NCBI GenBank assembly: GCA_003597935.1 | Contig: QZJT01000059.1 | Coordinates: 1-64,000 of the forward strand | DNA length: 64,000 bases | Direction of reading: 5' to 3' | Source: Phycisphaerales bacterium | GTDB lineage: Bacteria; Planctomycetota; Phycisphaerae; UBA1845 | Shown here: one piece after another, positions 19,470-29,091 of the stretch | Position numbering within the stretch: the stretch's first letter is position 1 | How the letters are laid out: each line of letters starts with the position of its first letter | The notes under the pieces: generated by a model | The model's input: the letters and a program-made list of their open reading frames with translations, nothing else | What the model was told of the DNA's origin: nothing | Databases searched by the model: none | Made by a program: the position numbers and the translations under genes

Positions 19470-20243
19470 ATGAAGGATGCCCCGCTGGACGTCGTGTTCA
19501 CCGCGCCCCACCCGGACGATCTGGAGATCGGCATGGGCGGCGCCATCGCCAAGCTCGTGGATCAGGGTTACCGCGTCGGCATGGTCCACATGACCAGCGG
19601 CGAGCCGACGCCCCGCGGCGACGAAGCGACCCGCGCCCGTGAATCGGCCGCCGCGGCGGAGGTGCTGGGCGTGGCCGTCTGCGAGACCATCGGCCTGCCC
19701 AATCGGGTACTGATGGACGGTCCGGAGGCCCGCTACGCCCTGGCGACGGCCTTTCGCCGTCATCGCCCGCGGGTGGTGGTGTCCATGGCGGGCCGCACCC
19801 CGTCCGCCTCGCCGGACCATTACCAGGCGCAGTTGCTGGCCGAGGCCGCCCGCTTCTATTCGCAGTTGACCAAGTGGAACGACCGCTTCGGCCACACCCA
19901 GCCCTTCCGCATCGATCACCTGGTCTACCGCCCGGTGCCGCTGTCGGCGGAGATCACGCACTGGCCCTGCCGGTTCGTGGTGGACATCACGGACACCATC
20001 GACCGCAAGGTCGAGGCGGTGCGCTGCTACAAGTCGCAGTTCGACGGCGAGCGGATGGAACGCCTCGAACACTACATCCGCAGCAATGCAGGCGCCGAAG
20101 GCGTCCACGCCGGTGTGATGTACGGCGAGTTGTACGCCTTGCCGCGGCCGATGGCCGTCCAGGACATGCTGGCGACCATCGGCGACTGGAAAGTCCCGCC
20201 CCCGTTCGCTACCGCCGCAGACGGCCGTACCGCCGCCGAATAG
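19470..20243 (+). CDS. PIG-L/LmbE family deacetylase
   Basis: VVFTAPHPDDLEIGMGGAIAKL (PHPDDE motif), HxDH-like region. Confidence 0.85.
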   Translation: MKDAPLDVVFTAPHPDDLEIGMGGAIAKLVDQGYRVGMVHMTSGEPTPRGDEATRARESAAAAEVLGVAVCETIGLPNRVLMDGPEARYALATAFRRHRPRVVVSMAGRTPSASPDHYQAQLLAEAARFYSQLTKWNDRFGHTQPFRIDHLVYRPVPLSAEITHWPCRFVVDITDTIDRKVEAVRCYKSQFDGERMERLEHYIRSNAGAEGVHAGVMYGELYALPRPMAVQDMLATIGDWKVPPPFATAADGRTAAE

Positions 20244-20432
20244 CACCCCCGGCCGCCCTTGACGGACCCGGCGGGGTGGCGAGAATAGGGCGAATTGGCC
20301 AGCTCGGTGCGGTCGGGGGCCGTCTTTCCGGCGGATCGATACGCGAATCCCGCTCCGCCCGGACGGTTGCCCATCTGCCCGAGTCCGAGTCGCAGGCAGG
20401 CCCCTCGCCACGCGGATGAAACGGACTAACCG

Positions 20433-21128
20433 ATGAACTCGAGACCCGATTCTGAGGGCGACGCCCACAAGGCGGAAAAGCCCATTTCCGTACTCATCAT
20501 CGACGATCACGCCCTGGTGCGGACCGCGCTGGCGCATCGTCTGGAGCAGGAGCCGGACATCCACGTCGCGGCGGTCGCCTCCACGGCCGACGAACTCGAG
20601 CGCCTGGTCGAGGCGCATCAGCCCACCATCGTGCTGCTGGACATCGACATGCCGGGGCTGGACTGTTTCGACGCTGCCCGCGGCGTTTCCTCGAAGTTTC
20701 CGGACGTCCACGTGGTCTTCCTCAGCGCCTTCTGCCACGACAGCTACATCGAGAATGCCCTGGCCGCCAAGGCCAAGGGCTACCTCACCAAGCGCGAGTC
20801 GCCCGAAGCGCTGATCGAGGCCCTGCGCGAGGTGGCCGGCGGCGGCGCCTGTTACTCCGAGGAGGTGCGGGCTCGGATCGTGGTCGACTCCCGCGGAACC
20901 AAGCTGGCGCCGGTGTCGAAGTCGCGGATATCGCTGCTGACCACCCGCGAGACGGAGATCCTGCGCTACGTCGCCAAGGGGATGTCGAAGAAGGAGATCG
21001 CGGGTGTGACGGGGCTGAGCGTCAAGACGGTCGACCGCCACTGCGCCAACCTGATGGGCAAGCTGGACATTCACGATCGCGTCGAGCTGGCCCGGTTCGC
21101 GATTCGCGAGGGGCTGGCCGAAGTCTGA
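20433..21128 (+). CDS. Response regulator, NarL/FixJ (LuxR-type HTH) family
   Basis: Receiver domain (LIIDDH...LLDIDMPGLD) plus C-terminal LuxR HTH (LTTRETEILRYVAKGMSKKEIAGVTGLSVKTVDRH). Confidence 0.9.
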   Translation: MNSRPDSEGDAHKAEKPISVLIIDDHALVRTALAHRLEQEPDIHVAAVASTADELERLVEAHQPTIVLLDIDMPGLDCFDAARGVSSKFPDVHVVFLSAFCHDSYIENALAAKAKGYLTKRESPEALIEALREVAGGGACYSEEVRARIVVDSRGTKLAPVSKSRISLLTTRETEILRYVAKGMSKKEIAGVTGLSVKTVDRHCANLMGKLDIHDRVELARFAIREGLAEV

Positions 21129-21191
21129 TCGCCCCGGCCCGGGCGATCCGGCTCGCTTTCGCCCGATCGGGCGCCGAAAGAAGTACACGCC

Positions 21192-21788
21192 ATGATCCGC
21201 GCCTGGATGACGATGGGGATGTTGCTGACGGCGCTGGCCGGTTGCCGCGCGGCCGGGGGCGGCGCCGCCGCGGAACGCGCCCCTCAGCCGGCGCTGTTTA
21301 CGATCGAAGACCCGGCCGCCAGCACGCGCCTGGCTTCGATCCGGCGGGAACTGGCCGGTCTTGACGACCACGCCTGGGCGGGCGTCTACCATCGCGGGGA
21401 TCCGGCCGGAGCGGTCGGGGACGATCTGATCCTGGCGCCGCAGTCCGGCTACGTCCTCCAGTTGCGCGGGCGGACGGGCGTGTGCCGATCGGGCTGCCCC
21501 AACTGCGCCGCCGGCAGGGCGAGCGTGGCGTCGGGGGCGATCGTTCCCGGCCCGCGGGACTCGTTGAAGCTGGCCATGGAATTGTCTCCCGGTGAGGTGA
21601 TCCTGGTGGAAGAACTCGTCCCGGCGCAGCGGGGCCGGCAGCACTACCTGGTACCCGTGAACGAACTCGACGCATTTCAAAGCGCCGTCCAGGCCGGGAC
21701 CGAACCGCGGGCCGAACTCAAGGATCGACTGTATCTGCGCGAGGCCGATCCGCTCCACCCCCCCCCGGCCGGCGCGCCCCCGCGATAG
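21192..21788 (+). CDS. Putative lipoprotein, hypothetical
   Basis: Signal peptide with lipobox LTALAGC; no recognisable domain. Confidence 0.5.
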   Translation: MIRAWMTMGMLLTALAGCRAAGGGAAAERAPQPALFTIEDPAASTRLASIRRELAGLDDHAWAGVYHRGDPAGAVGDDLILAPQSGYVLQLRGRTGVCRSGCPNCAAGRASVASGAIVPGPRDSLKLAMELSPGEVILVEELVPAQRGRQHYLVPVNELDAFQSAVQAGTEPRAELKDRLYLREADPLHPPPAGAPPR

Positions 21789-21838
21789 AATCGCTCACCG
21801 CGAAAGCGAAGATGGCGGCCCGGTAGCGCCCCGGGCGC

Positions 21839-22117
21839 TTATCCCAGAATGCGGAGGATCTGGTCCACCGTGCCCTCGATGCGCTCGGGCGTCTCGTAGG
21901 TGCCCTCTTCGATGGCGCGGCGGATCTCAAGGATGCGCGTGAACTCGGGCCGCGCCGGGATGCGCGACTGCGCCCGCGCCCGTCCCTCCTGCGAGATCTC
22001 GACGATGTCGACGCGGTCCGCGATGGGCGCGGCCGGGGGGGGGACGCTGGCCGGATGCACGGCGACGTATTTCAGGAAGGGACTGCTGATGCCATCCACG
22101 GGGTTCATCGATTCCAC
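21839..22117 (-). CDS. flgM: Anti-sigma-28 factor FlgM-like protein
   Basis: C-terminal ILEIRRAIEEGTYETPERIEGTVDQILRIL resembles the FlgM family signature. Confidence 0.55.
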   Translation of the reverse strand: MESMNPVDGISSPFLKYVAVHPASVPPPAAPIADRVDIVEISQEGRARAQSRIPARPEFTRILEIRRAIEEGTYETPERIEGTVDQILRILG

Positions 22118-22705
22118 TCCGAGCTTTTCCGGCCGCTGCGATCCGTCGGGGTCGCACTGCCGGGCCGTACCTGCCGGTTACCACCGGCGCGCACGCTGAC
22201 CATACCCAATACCGCCGCATTCCTCCGTGAATCGTCGCGGGGAGACCGAGGGAGTGATTCCAGGAACGACCGCGGACCGTCCCGTCCGCTGCAACCGTCG
22301 TACACTTCACGTCCGCTAATAGTATCGGCGCGCGGGTTGTGAAATCTTGATCGACTTCCTCAAAAAAAAGCGATTCGCCCTGCACCTGTACAACATCTTG
22401 CAACGTCGCCGCGACCGTTGCGCCACATCTTGCGTTTGTGCGGTTGCACCTGAACCCGCGGCGGCGGCGCCGCGACCGGCACTCGCCCCACCGGCCCGGA
22501 AAAGGCTGAAAAACGCTCCGGTCCCTGCGGCGTTGCGGCGAGCGATCGCGCACGGTGGGATGGGGGGCCACGGCGGGCCGCACGCCGCCGGCCCGCACTG
22601 CGGGGTTTACCGCCGGCCGAAAGTCGCCAGACTGCACCCCCTGGGCCGGCCGCGGCGGCGGCCGTTTCGCACGCCGGCGGCGTGCTCAGGGTGGTCGAGA
22701 CGTAC

Positions 22706-23887
22706 ATGGCGTCGGTGTCGCTCGAGAACGTGACGAAGACCTTCGGGCGCGGACGTGGGCGCGGGGCCGCGCTCGACCGGTTCAGCCTGCACGCGGAGCG
22801 CGAGTACGTCGCCGTCGTGGGGCCGTCGGGGTGCGGCAAGACGACGCTGCTGCGACTGGTGGCCGGGCTGGAGGTCCCCGATTCCGGCACGGTGCGCATC
22901 GGCGGGCAAGACATGCGCGATGTCCCTCCCCGACGCCGCGACGTGAGTATGGTGTTTCAGAGCGACGCGCTCTATCCGCACATGAGCGTCCGAAGCAACA
23001 TCGCGTTTCCGCTCCGCGTGCGCAAGGTGGGTCGCGCCGAGGTCGACGCACGGATCCACTGGATGGCCGGCCAGCTTGGCCTGGAGCACCTGCTCCAGCG
23101 CCGGCCGCGCGAGCTTTCCGGCGGGCAGCGCCAGCGGGTGGCGCTGGCACGAGCGATGATCCGCCGTCCGGCCGTGCTGCTGCTGGATGAACCTCTCGGA
23201 CACCTGGACTCGGGCGAGCGCCTCCGCGCCCGTGGGCTGATCCGGGCGCTCCATCGCGAGCTGGGAGGCACGACCCTGCACGTCACCCACGATCAGGAGG
23301 AAGCCATGGCGCTGGCCGATCGACTGGTGGTGATGCTCGATGGGCAGGTGCGTCAGTCGGGGCCGCCCTGGGAGCTGTATCGCCATCCGCGCGACCGGTT
23401 CGTCGCGCAGTTCCTGGGGTCAGCGCCGATGAACTTCGTCGAGGGGAGTCTGACCGCCGATGGGGAGGCGACGGCGTTCGATGGGGGCGGATTGCGCGTG
23501 GTCTTCAGTTCCGGACGTTTCCCGCCGTCGATGGCGCCGGCGGCCGCGATCCTGGGCATCCGCCCCGAAGACGTGGCGTTTCAAGCGGCCGAACGGGCCG
23601 AAACCGAGTGTGCGACCCGCGATGGCGCCGCCGGTCGTGCGGGCGGCGATCGGACGGTCGTCGAAGCCGTCGAGACGGTTGCCGGGCGCAGGCACGTCGT
23701 CATCCGGACCGGCGCCGGCGCGCGGCTGCTGGCCGAGGCGCGCGATCACGCGGTTCCCGGGCCGGGGGCGAGCGTGGACCTTCACCTTCCGCCGGATCGC
23801 GTCAGCGTGTTCTCCCCGGGCGAGCACGGACGAAACCTGGAGGTCGGAAGCGGCGGGACGGAACGCAGCGCCGGGACCGGGTTGTAA
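22706..23887 (+). CDS. ABC transporter ATP-binding protein, MalK/UgpC/PotA-like importer ATPase with a C-terminal TOBE-like domain
   Basis: Walker A GPSGCGKTT, LSGGQRQRVALARA, Walker B LLLDEPLGHLD; 390 aa. No permease gene adjacent. Confidence 0.85.
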   Translation: MASVSLENVTKTFGRGRGRGAALDRFSLHAEREYVAVVGPSGCGKTTLLRLVAGLEVPDSGTVRIGGQDMRDVPPRRRDVSMVFQSDALYPHMSVRSNIAFPLRVRKVGRAEVDARIHWMAGQLGLEHLLQRRPRELSGGQRQRVALARAMIRRPAVLLLDEPLGHLDSGERLRARGLIRALHRELGGTTLHVTHDQEEAMALADRLVVMLDGQVRQSGPPWELYRHPRDRFVAQFLGSAPMNFVEGSLTADGEATAFDGGGLRVVFSSGRFPPSMAPAAAILGIRPEDVAFQAAERAETECATRDGAAGRAGGDRTVVEAVETVAGRRHVVIRTGAGARLLAEARDHAVPGPGASVDLHLPPDRVSVFSPGEHGRNLEVGSGGTERSAGTGL

Positions 23888-24055
23888 CGTCCCGGCGTGC
23901 GGACCGTATTGCCGGTCAGGCCCCCGGTCGCGCCGGGAGCGTGACCGATGGAGTGCACGTCCCCGGAACCACCCGGATGGAACCCGCCGGGCTGGCAGCG
24001 AGCCGGGGGCTTGAATCCCGCGGCCCACTGCCAGCGGCGTGATCGCGTGCCGGAA

Positions 24056-25092
24056 CTAACTGCAGCTTTCGGCCTTACCCTTGAGCTTGCAGATGCCGTT
24101 GCCGTCCGGGCAAGCGATCGTCGTTTTGAGCTTCTTATTGCAGTCCTTCACGTCTTCACACTGGCCCTCGGTGCGATACGACGAGCCCTTGGGCGGGCAG
24201 GTCTCGCAGCCGCGCTTCGCCCTGCTCTTCTTGATGGTGTAGCGACACACCGGACCACCCGCCTCCAGGAAGTCCCAGCCGCGCACGTCGCTGTAACCGC
24301 CGGAGCCGACCAGTTCTTCGTCCGCGGTGACCGTGTCGATCCGATACATCTCGGACCGCCCGCCGTACAGCTTTCCATCCGGACCGCAGGAGATCGTCTG
24401 AATGCCGATCTGGGGAGAGGAGTTCTGATTGGGGTCGACGTCGGTGGTCTGGGCATTGTTGACGTCGACCGTTACCAGCCCCTGTCCGATCCCGTTACCC
24501 GGGCCGATGTCATAGGCGTAGAGGGTGTCGCCGCAGAAAGCCAGACCCTGCACGCCCGGAAGGCCCATGCTCCCGATGCGGACGCTGTTGCCCGACTGCG
24601 GATCGATGGCGTGCAACTCGTCTGGCTGCCCGAAGGCGATCTCATTGACCGCGAAGACCTTGCCGGAGGGTGACAGGGCCAGCCCCCGGACGTCAGCCAG
24701 CGTGATCCCTGCGGCAGCGCGGGCCAGACCGGTCGACGGATCGATGATCCACAACGTGCCGCCACGGCCCGCCATGTAGATCTCGCCATCGCCCGTCGGC
24801 GCAGATGCGTTGAGCGTCTGTGTTCCGGAAGGGCCGAGCACCCGTCCGACGCCGGTGCTGCTGTCGAATGCATAGGCCGTTCCCGCCCAGGCGCCGCCGG
24901 CCATGTCTTCCGCCGACACGCCCGGCGCCGGGTCGATGGTCAAATCGGACGGCACGCCGCCCGCAACGCCCGGCAGACCATCCCCATCCGGGTCGATTAT
25001 GACCCCCCCCCCCACGTTTGCCACCGCGGCGCCTGCCAGCGCGGCGATGCACCAGACGAACAGCACTGCAGAAAACCTGTGACTCATCATTC
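24056..25092 (-). CDS. Secreted beta-propeller-like (NHL/YVTN-type repeat) protein with a C-terminal 8-Cys basic module
   Basis: ATG at 25092 preceded by GGAGG. Signal peptide MMSHRFSAVLFVWCIAALAGAAVA. Repeats GLALSPSGKVFAVNE and VQGLAFCGDTLYAYD. The C-terminal 65 aa align with the C-terminus of the 60530-61507 protein. Confidence 0.7.
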
Positions 25093-25345
25093 TGCCTCCC
25101 CAAAAAGTGTGGCCCGGTCGGGGAACTGGGGGACGTGGAAAAACCCGTGCGCCCTCCGAGAGGAGTCTCCCCGGACCGGCGTGCAGATCCTGCGCCTGCG
25201 CCGGTGGCGCACAAACCACCCCCATTACTCCCACTCGACCGTTCCGGTTCCCGATGAACGCCCGCATTCTACCCTCGGGCGGGGTTCGGTTCAAGCAGGA
25301 AGCGCCACCCCTGCGCGTGGGGGTGTGTTGGGGATGCGGCGGGCG

Positions 25346-25451
25346 CCCCTGGGACTGCCAGGCTCCAGCCTGGCGGCGCGGGGAAAAGCGTCGGCGGCTT
25401 GAAAACGCATCAACCGGGAAGCTCCGCGCGGGCTTCAAGCCCGCTGGTCGC
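25346..25451. repeat. Composite MITE-like dispersed element (CCTGGGACTGCCAGGCTCCAGCCTGGCGGC ... CTCCGCGCGGGCTTCAAGCCCGCTGG)
   Basis: Same two-part architecture as the copies at 38841, 39787 and 44049. Confidence 0.6.
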
Positions 25452-25472
25452 TTAGTGGAGCCCGCGGTTCCG

Positions 25473-26201
25473 TCAGGCCCCCGGTCGCGCCGCCTTCGCA
25501 TGGGCGGCCCGGCCGTCGCTGCCGCGCAGTTCCTCCAGCGCCCTGCGGGCGGCTTCCTGCTCCGCCTCCTTCTTGCTGGGACCCCATGCGCTGGGAAAGC
25601 GGTGGCCATCGATGACGACGCAGACTTCGAAGCACTTCGCGTGGTCCGGGCCTTGTTCGTCCAGCGACTCGTAGTAGGGCGTGGCGGACATGTGGCGCTG
25701 GACGTATTGCTGCAGCGTGGACTTGTGATTGTCGCGATAGGCGGATTCCGCGGCCCGGTCGATGTGCGGACCGATCGCCTCCAGGACAAAGCGCCGCGCC
25801 GGGTCCAGCCCGCCGTCGACGTACAGCGCGCCGATCAGCGACTCGATGACCGCGGCCCGCAGCGACATGGGCATGCGCTGCCGGCCGCCCATCCCCTTGC
25901 CCAGGAACAGCAACTCCGTCAGCCCGAGCTGGTCGGCGACTTCGGCGCAGGTCTTCCGCGAGACGATGACGGACTTCACCTTGGTCAGGCCGCCCTCCAG
26001 TTCGTCACCGAACCGGTCATAGAGTTCGGCGCAGACGATCAGACCCAGGACGGCGTCGCCCAGGAATTCGAGCCGCTCGTTGGACTTGAGGCGGTGGTCC
26101 GCCACCGACGCGTGGGTCAGCGCCGTGACGGCGAGGTTCGGATCGCGAAAGCGATACCCCGTGATCTGCTCGGTGCGCGCGACGGCCTCGTCGGGAGTCA
26201 C
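25473..26201 (-). CDS. rnc: Ribonuclease III
   Basis: RNase III signature ERLEFLGDAVLGLIV plus C-terminal dsRBD (AWGPSKKEAEQEAARRALEEL). Confidence 0.95.
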   Translation of the reverse strand: MTPDEAVARTEQITGYRFRDPNLAVTALTHASVADHRLKSNERLEFLGDAVLGLIVCAELYDRFGDELEGGLTKVKSVIVSRKTCAEVADQLGLTELLFLGKGMGGRQRMPMSLRAAVIESLIGALYVDGGLDPARRFVLEAIGPHIDRAAESAYRDNHKSTLQQYVQRHMSATPYYESLDEQGPDHAKCFEVCVVIDGHRFPSAWGPSKKEAEQEAARRALEELRGSDGRAAHAKAARPGA

Positions 26202-26395
26202 GACCTCAACCCTTCAGGCCGAGAGCGGAAGCCGCGCGAGTTCCGTCGGCGGAGCGGGCGCGAGTTCCGTTATCGGCCGGTGGACTTGACAGGCGGGAGC
26301 CGCACGCCGAACCGAACCGCGACGCGCGCCTCCGATACCAAAGGATCCCCCGTTGGTATTGCTGATCTTATCTTCGGCGAGCCGCGGGGTCAATC

Positions 26396-28009
26396 TTGGT
26401 TCCGCGGATGTTGATGCGCCGTGGCAGCGGACCTACAGTGCCGCGCGTGCCCGAGCGCCCCTTCCTGCACCACACTCGAACCATCGCGCTGCTCACCCTG
26501 GTTTCACGGATTATGGGACTCGTGCGCGACGTGGTCTTCGCCAACTACTTCGGCGCCGGCTCCGTCATGGCCGCGTTCCGGGTGGCGTTCGTGGTGCCCA
26601 ATCTGTCACGCCGCGTGTTCGGCGAAGGCGCCCTGTCCGCGGCCCTGGTGCCGATCGTGACGCGCACCCGGCGGTCCGCGGGAGACGACGAGGCCCGGCG
26701 GCTGGCAGGCGCCGTGCTGGCCTGGCAGACGATCATCCTCGCAGCGATCACCCTGATCGTGGAGATCGGACTGTCGATTGCTCACGCCTGGGCGCCGTCG
26801 CCCGTTCTCGAGCTGACGCGACTGCTGCTGCCCTACATGGTGCTCATCTGCGCTGCTGCGGCCGCGGGCGGAATTCTCAACGCCTGCGGACGATTCGCGC
26901 TGCCCGCGCTGGCGCCGGTCATCCTGAACGTCGCGATCATCGCCGCGACCGCAGGCGGGGCCGTGCTGGGTGGGTTGACCGGCATGGGCCTGATGAGGGT
27001 GGTGTGCGTCGCCGTGCTCGTCTCGGGCGCGATTCAGTTCGGCGCGCAATGGGTGGGGCTGGGCCGGGCGGGATTGCTGCCTCGATGGAACCTGGGCTGG
27101 AAGGAGCGCGGCGTCGATCGCGTGGTCGCGTTCATGGCCCCGATGGTGCTGGGGCTGTCGGCGGTGCAGTTGAGCACGCTGCTCGATCACCTGATGGCGA
27201 TCAGCCTGGTGGTGGATGAGCAGGGCCGCCGTGTGGGGCCGGCCGTGCTTGCGTTCGCACAGAACCTGTATCAACTGCCGCTCGGGGTCTTCGGCATCGC
27301 CCTGGCGACCGCGGTGTTCCCGAAGATGGCGGCGCTGGGCGCGGCCCAGGATCGGGCCGCCCTGTCCTCGACGATGTCGCAAGGGCTGCGGCTGGCGTCG
27401 TTCGTGGCGGTGCCGGCCGCGGCGGGGCTGGTCCTGGTCTCCCATCCGCTCGTGCAGGCCCTCTTCGAGCGCAACGAGTTCCAGGCGCACGACTCGGTGC
27501 GCGTATCGGGGGCGCTGGTGTGCTACGCCCTGGGGCTGCCGGCGTACTTTGCCAACCACGTCCTGGTGCGGGCTTTTTACGCGCTCGGGGACAGCCGCAC
27601 GCCCGTGCGCATCGTGGGAGGCATGGTGGCGATCAACGTCGTGCTCGGGCTGGCGCTGGTCCTGTCGCCGCTGCAGGAGCGCGGGCTGGCCCTGGCGACG
27701 GCGATCTCCGCCTGGGCTCAGACGGCGCTGCTGGGCCGGCGCCTGCACCGCGTCCTGTCGTTACCGCCGGACGGCAAGCTGGCGTCAAGCCTGCAACGGA
27801 CCGCCGCGTGCGCGGCCGCGATGGCCGCCGCGGTCTGGATCGTTGATCGCCTCTGCACCGGCGTGGAATGGCTGGCGCAAGCCCCGACCGTGCGGACGGC
27901 GATGATGATCACCCTGGGCGCCGGCGTGTACGTGGCGGCGTGCCGCGCCACCCGGCACGGCGAGTTCTATGCCCTGCTCGGAGTTTCGCCGAAGCCTACG
28001 AGGGGCTGA
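26396..28009 (+). CDS. murJ: Lipid II flippase MurJ
   Basis: LTLVSRIMGLVRDVVFANYFGAGSVMAAFRVAFVVPNLSRRVFGEGALSAALVPIV is a MurJ/MviN N-terminal signature; 14 TM helices. Exact start uncertain (26396 or 26408). Confidence 0.85.
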   Translation: MVPRMLMRRGSGPTVPRVPERPFLHHTRTIALLTLVSRIMGLVRDVVFANYFGAGSVMAAFRVAFVVPNLSRRVFGEGALSAALVPIVTRTRRSAGDDEARRLAGAVLAWQTIILAAITLIVEIGLSIAHAWAPSPVLELTRLLLPYMVLICAAAAAGGILNACGRFALPALAPVILNVAIIAATAGGAVLGGLTGMGLMRVVCVAVLVSGAIQFGAQWVGLGRAGLLPRWNLGWKERGVDRVVAFMAPMVLGLSAVQLSTLLDHLMAISLVVDEQGRRVGPAVLAFAQNLYQLPLGVFGIALATAVFPKMAALGAAQDRAALSSTMSQGLRLASFVAVPAAAGLVLVSHPLVQALFERNEFQAHDSVRVSGALVCYALGLPAYFANHVLVRAFYALGDSRTPVRIVGGMVAINVVLGLALVLSPLQERGLALATAISAWAQTALLGRRLHRVLSLPPDGKLASSLQRTAACAAAMAAAVWIVDRLCTGVEWLAQAPTVRTAMMITLGAGVYVAACRATRHGEFYALLGVSPKPTRG

Positions 28010-29000
28010 TGAAGTGATGAAGCGCTCCCGCCTGCCGCAGCGCCTCGCTCTTCTGCGCCGCACGGGAGAGGATCTCGGCCGCCGGCGGAACACGTCGCGT
28101 GGACACCTCGAACACCTTGCCGGCGTCGCGCCACTGTGCGGTGATTCCGTCGAACGTTTGCTCGAACGACTCTCGGCCGACGCCGCAGGCCACCGCGTCG
28201 TCCATCAGGGCGTGCAGGTCGTCCGAGTCGATGACGGGGGCGACGATCAGCGTCGCCAACTGATTGGCGAACGCGAGCTTGCGGGTGATCTGCAGATACC
28301 GGCGCTGAGGCGGCTTCTGCGGCGCGTCGCCTTGGAGCGCCATGATCGGCATCCGGCTCAACTGAGCCGGAAGCCCCCAGTGCGCCAAGAGCCGGGCGGT
28401 CAACTCGTGTCGGGTGATGCCGAAGTGGTTGCGCTCCCGGCGCAGAAGGTCAGACTCGTCGGTAGCGGCGTCGATCAAGGGTGCGTACTCGTCGGGCGCC
28501 GCGTTCGCCAGGACCAGCGCCCCCATGTCGGAGAGCAGCCCCAGGGTAAAACCCTCCGGCGGCGACAGGTCGCGGCCGATGCAGCACAGCCGCTCCATCG
28601 CCACCGCCCGGGCGAGCGAGCGCGGCCAGAAGGCCCTATAGTTGAAGGAGCGGCAGGTTGCGCCGTGCTTGCGGTCGATGACGGAGATGCCCAGGGCGAT
28701 GACGGCCACGGTCCGGATGCCCAGCAGGATGGCGACCGTGCGCACGTCCAGGATCGGCCGCGACGTCCCCGAAAACGGCGAGTTGATGATGCGCAGCATT
28801 CGCTGCACCAGCGCCGGGTCCGTGCGGATGATCTCGACGAACTGGTCGACGGTGGCATCCTCCCGATCGGCCAGCGCCAGCACTTCCAGCGCTACGCCGG
28901 TGGGACTGGGCAGATTGGGGTGACCCAGGAATCGTGCAAACGGGTCGGGTTGACCACTCATCGGCATCTCCGCGCGATCGGACCTCCTGGATATCGGCAC
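27996..29000 (-). CDS. HDOD domain signalling protein
   Basis: HDOD-like region (VQRMLRIINSPFSGTSRPILDVRTVAILLGIRTV). Alternative start at 28967. Confidence 0.75.
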   Translation of the reverse strand: MPISRRSDRAEMPMSGQPDPFARFLGHPNLPSPTGVALEVLALADREDATVDQFVEIIRTDPALVQRMLRIINSPFSGTSRPILDVRTVAILLGIRTVAVIALGISVIDRKHGATCRSFNYRAFWPRSLARAVAMERLCCIGRDLSPPEGFTLGLLSDMGALVLANAAPDEYAPLIDAATDESDLLRRERNHFGITRHELTARLLAHWGLPAQLSRMPIMALQGDAPQKPPQRRYLQITRKLAFANQLATLIVAPVIDSDDLHALMDDAVACGVGRESFEQTFDGITAQWRDAGKVFEVSTRRVPPAAEILSRAAQKSEALRQAGALHHFISPS

Positions 29001-29091
29001 AAGCTGCGCCGCCTCTTAGGCGCATGAAGAAGGCACGGCGGCGCAAGCGGCCGGGCGTGCCTTCACTTCAAAAGACGTGCGGCGAGTTCCC

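Noticed and set aside
19305-21758. 817-aa minus-strand ORF
   Set aside because: It is antisense to three well-supported plus-strand genes (PIG-L deacetylase, response regulator, lipoprotein). It has no motifs.
22118-22705. 590-bp intergenic region between flgM-like and the ABC ATPase gene, with an A-run and TTGCRN repeats, considered as a possible sRNA or regulatory element
   Set aside because: There is no recognisable structure or conserved motif beyond a divergent promoter region. Evidence is insufficient to call a feature.
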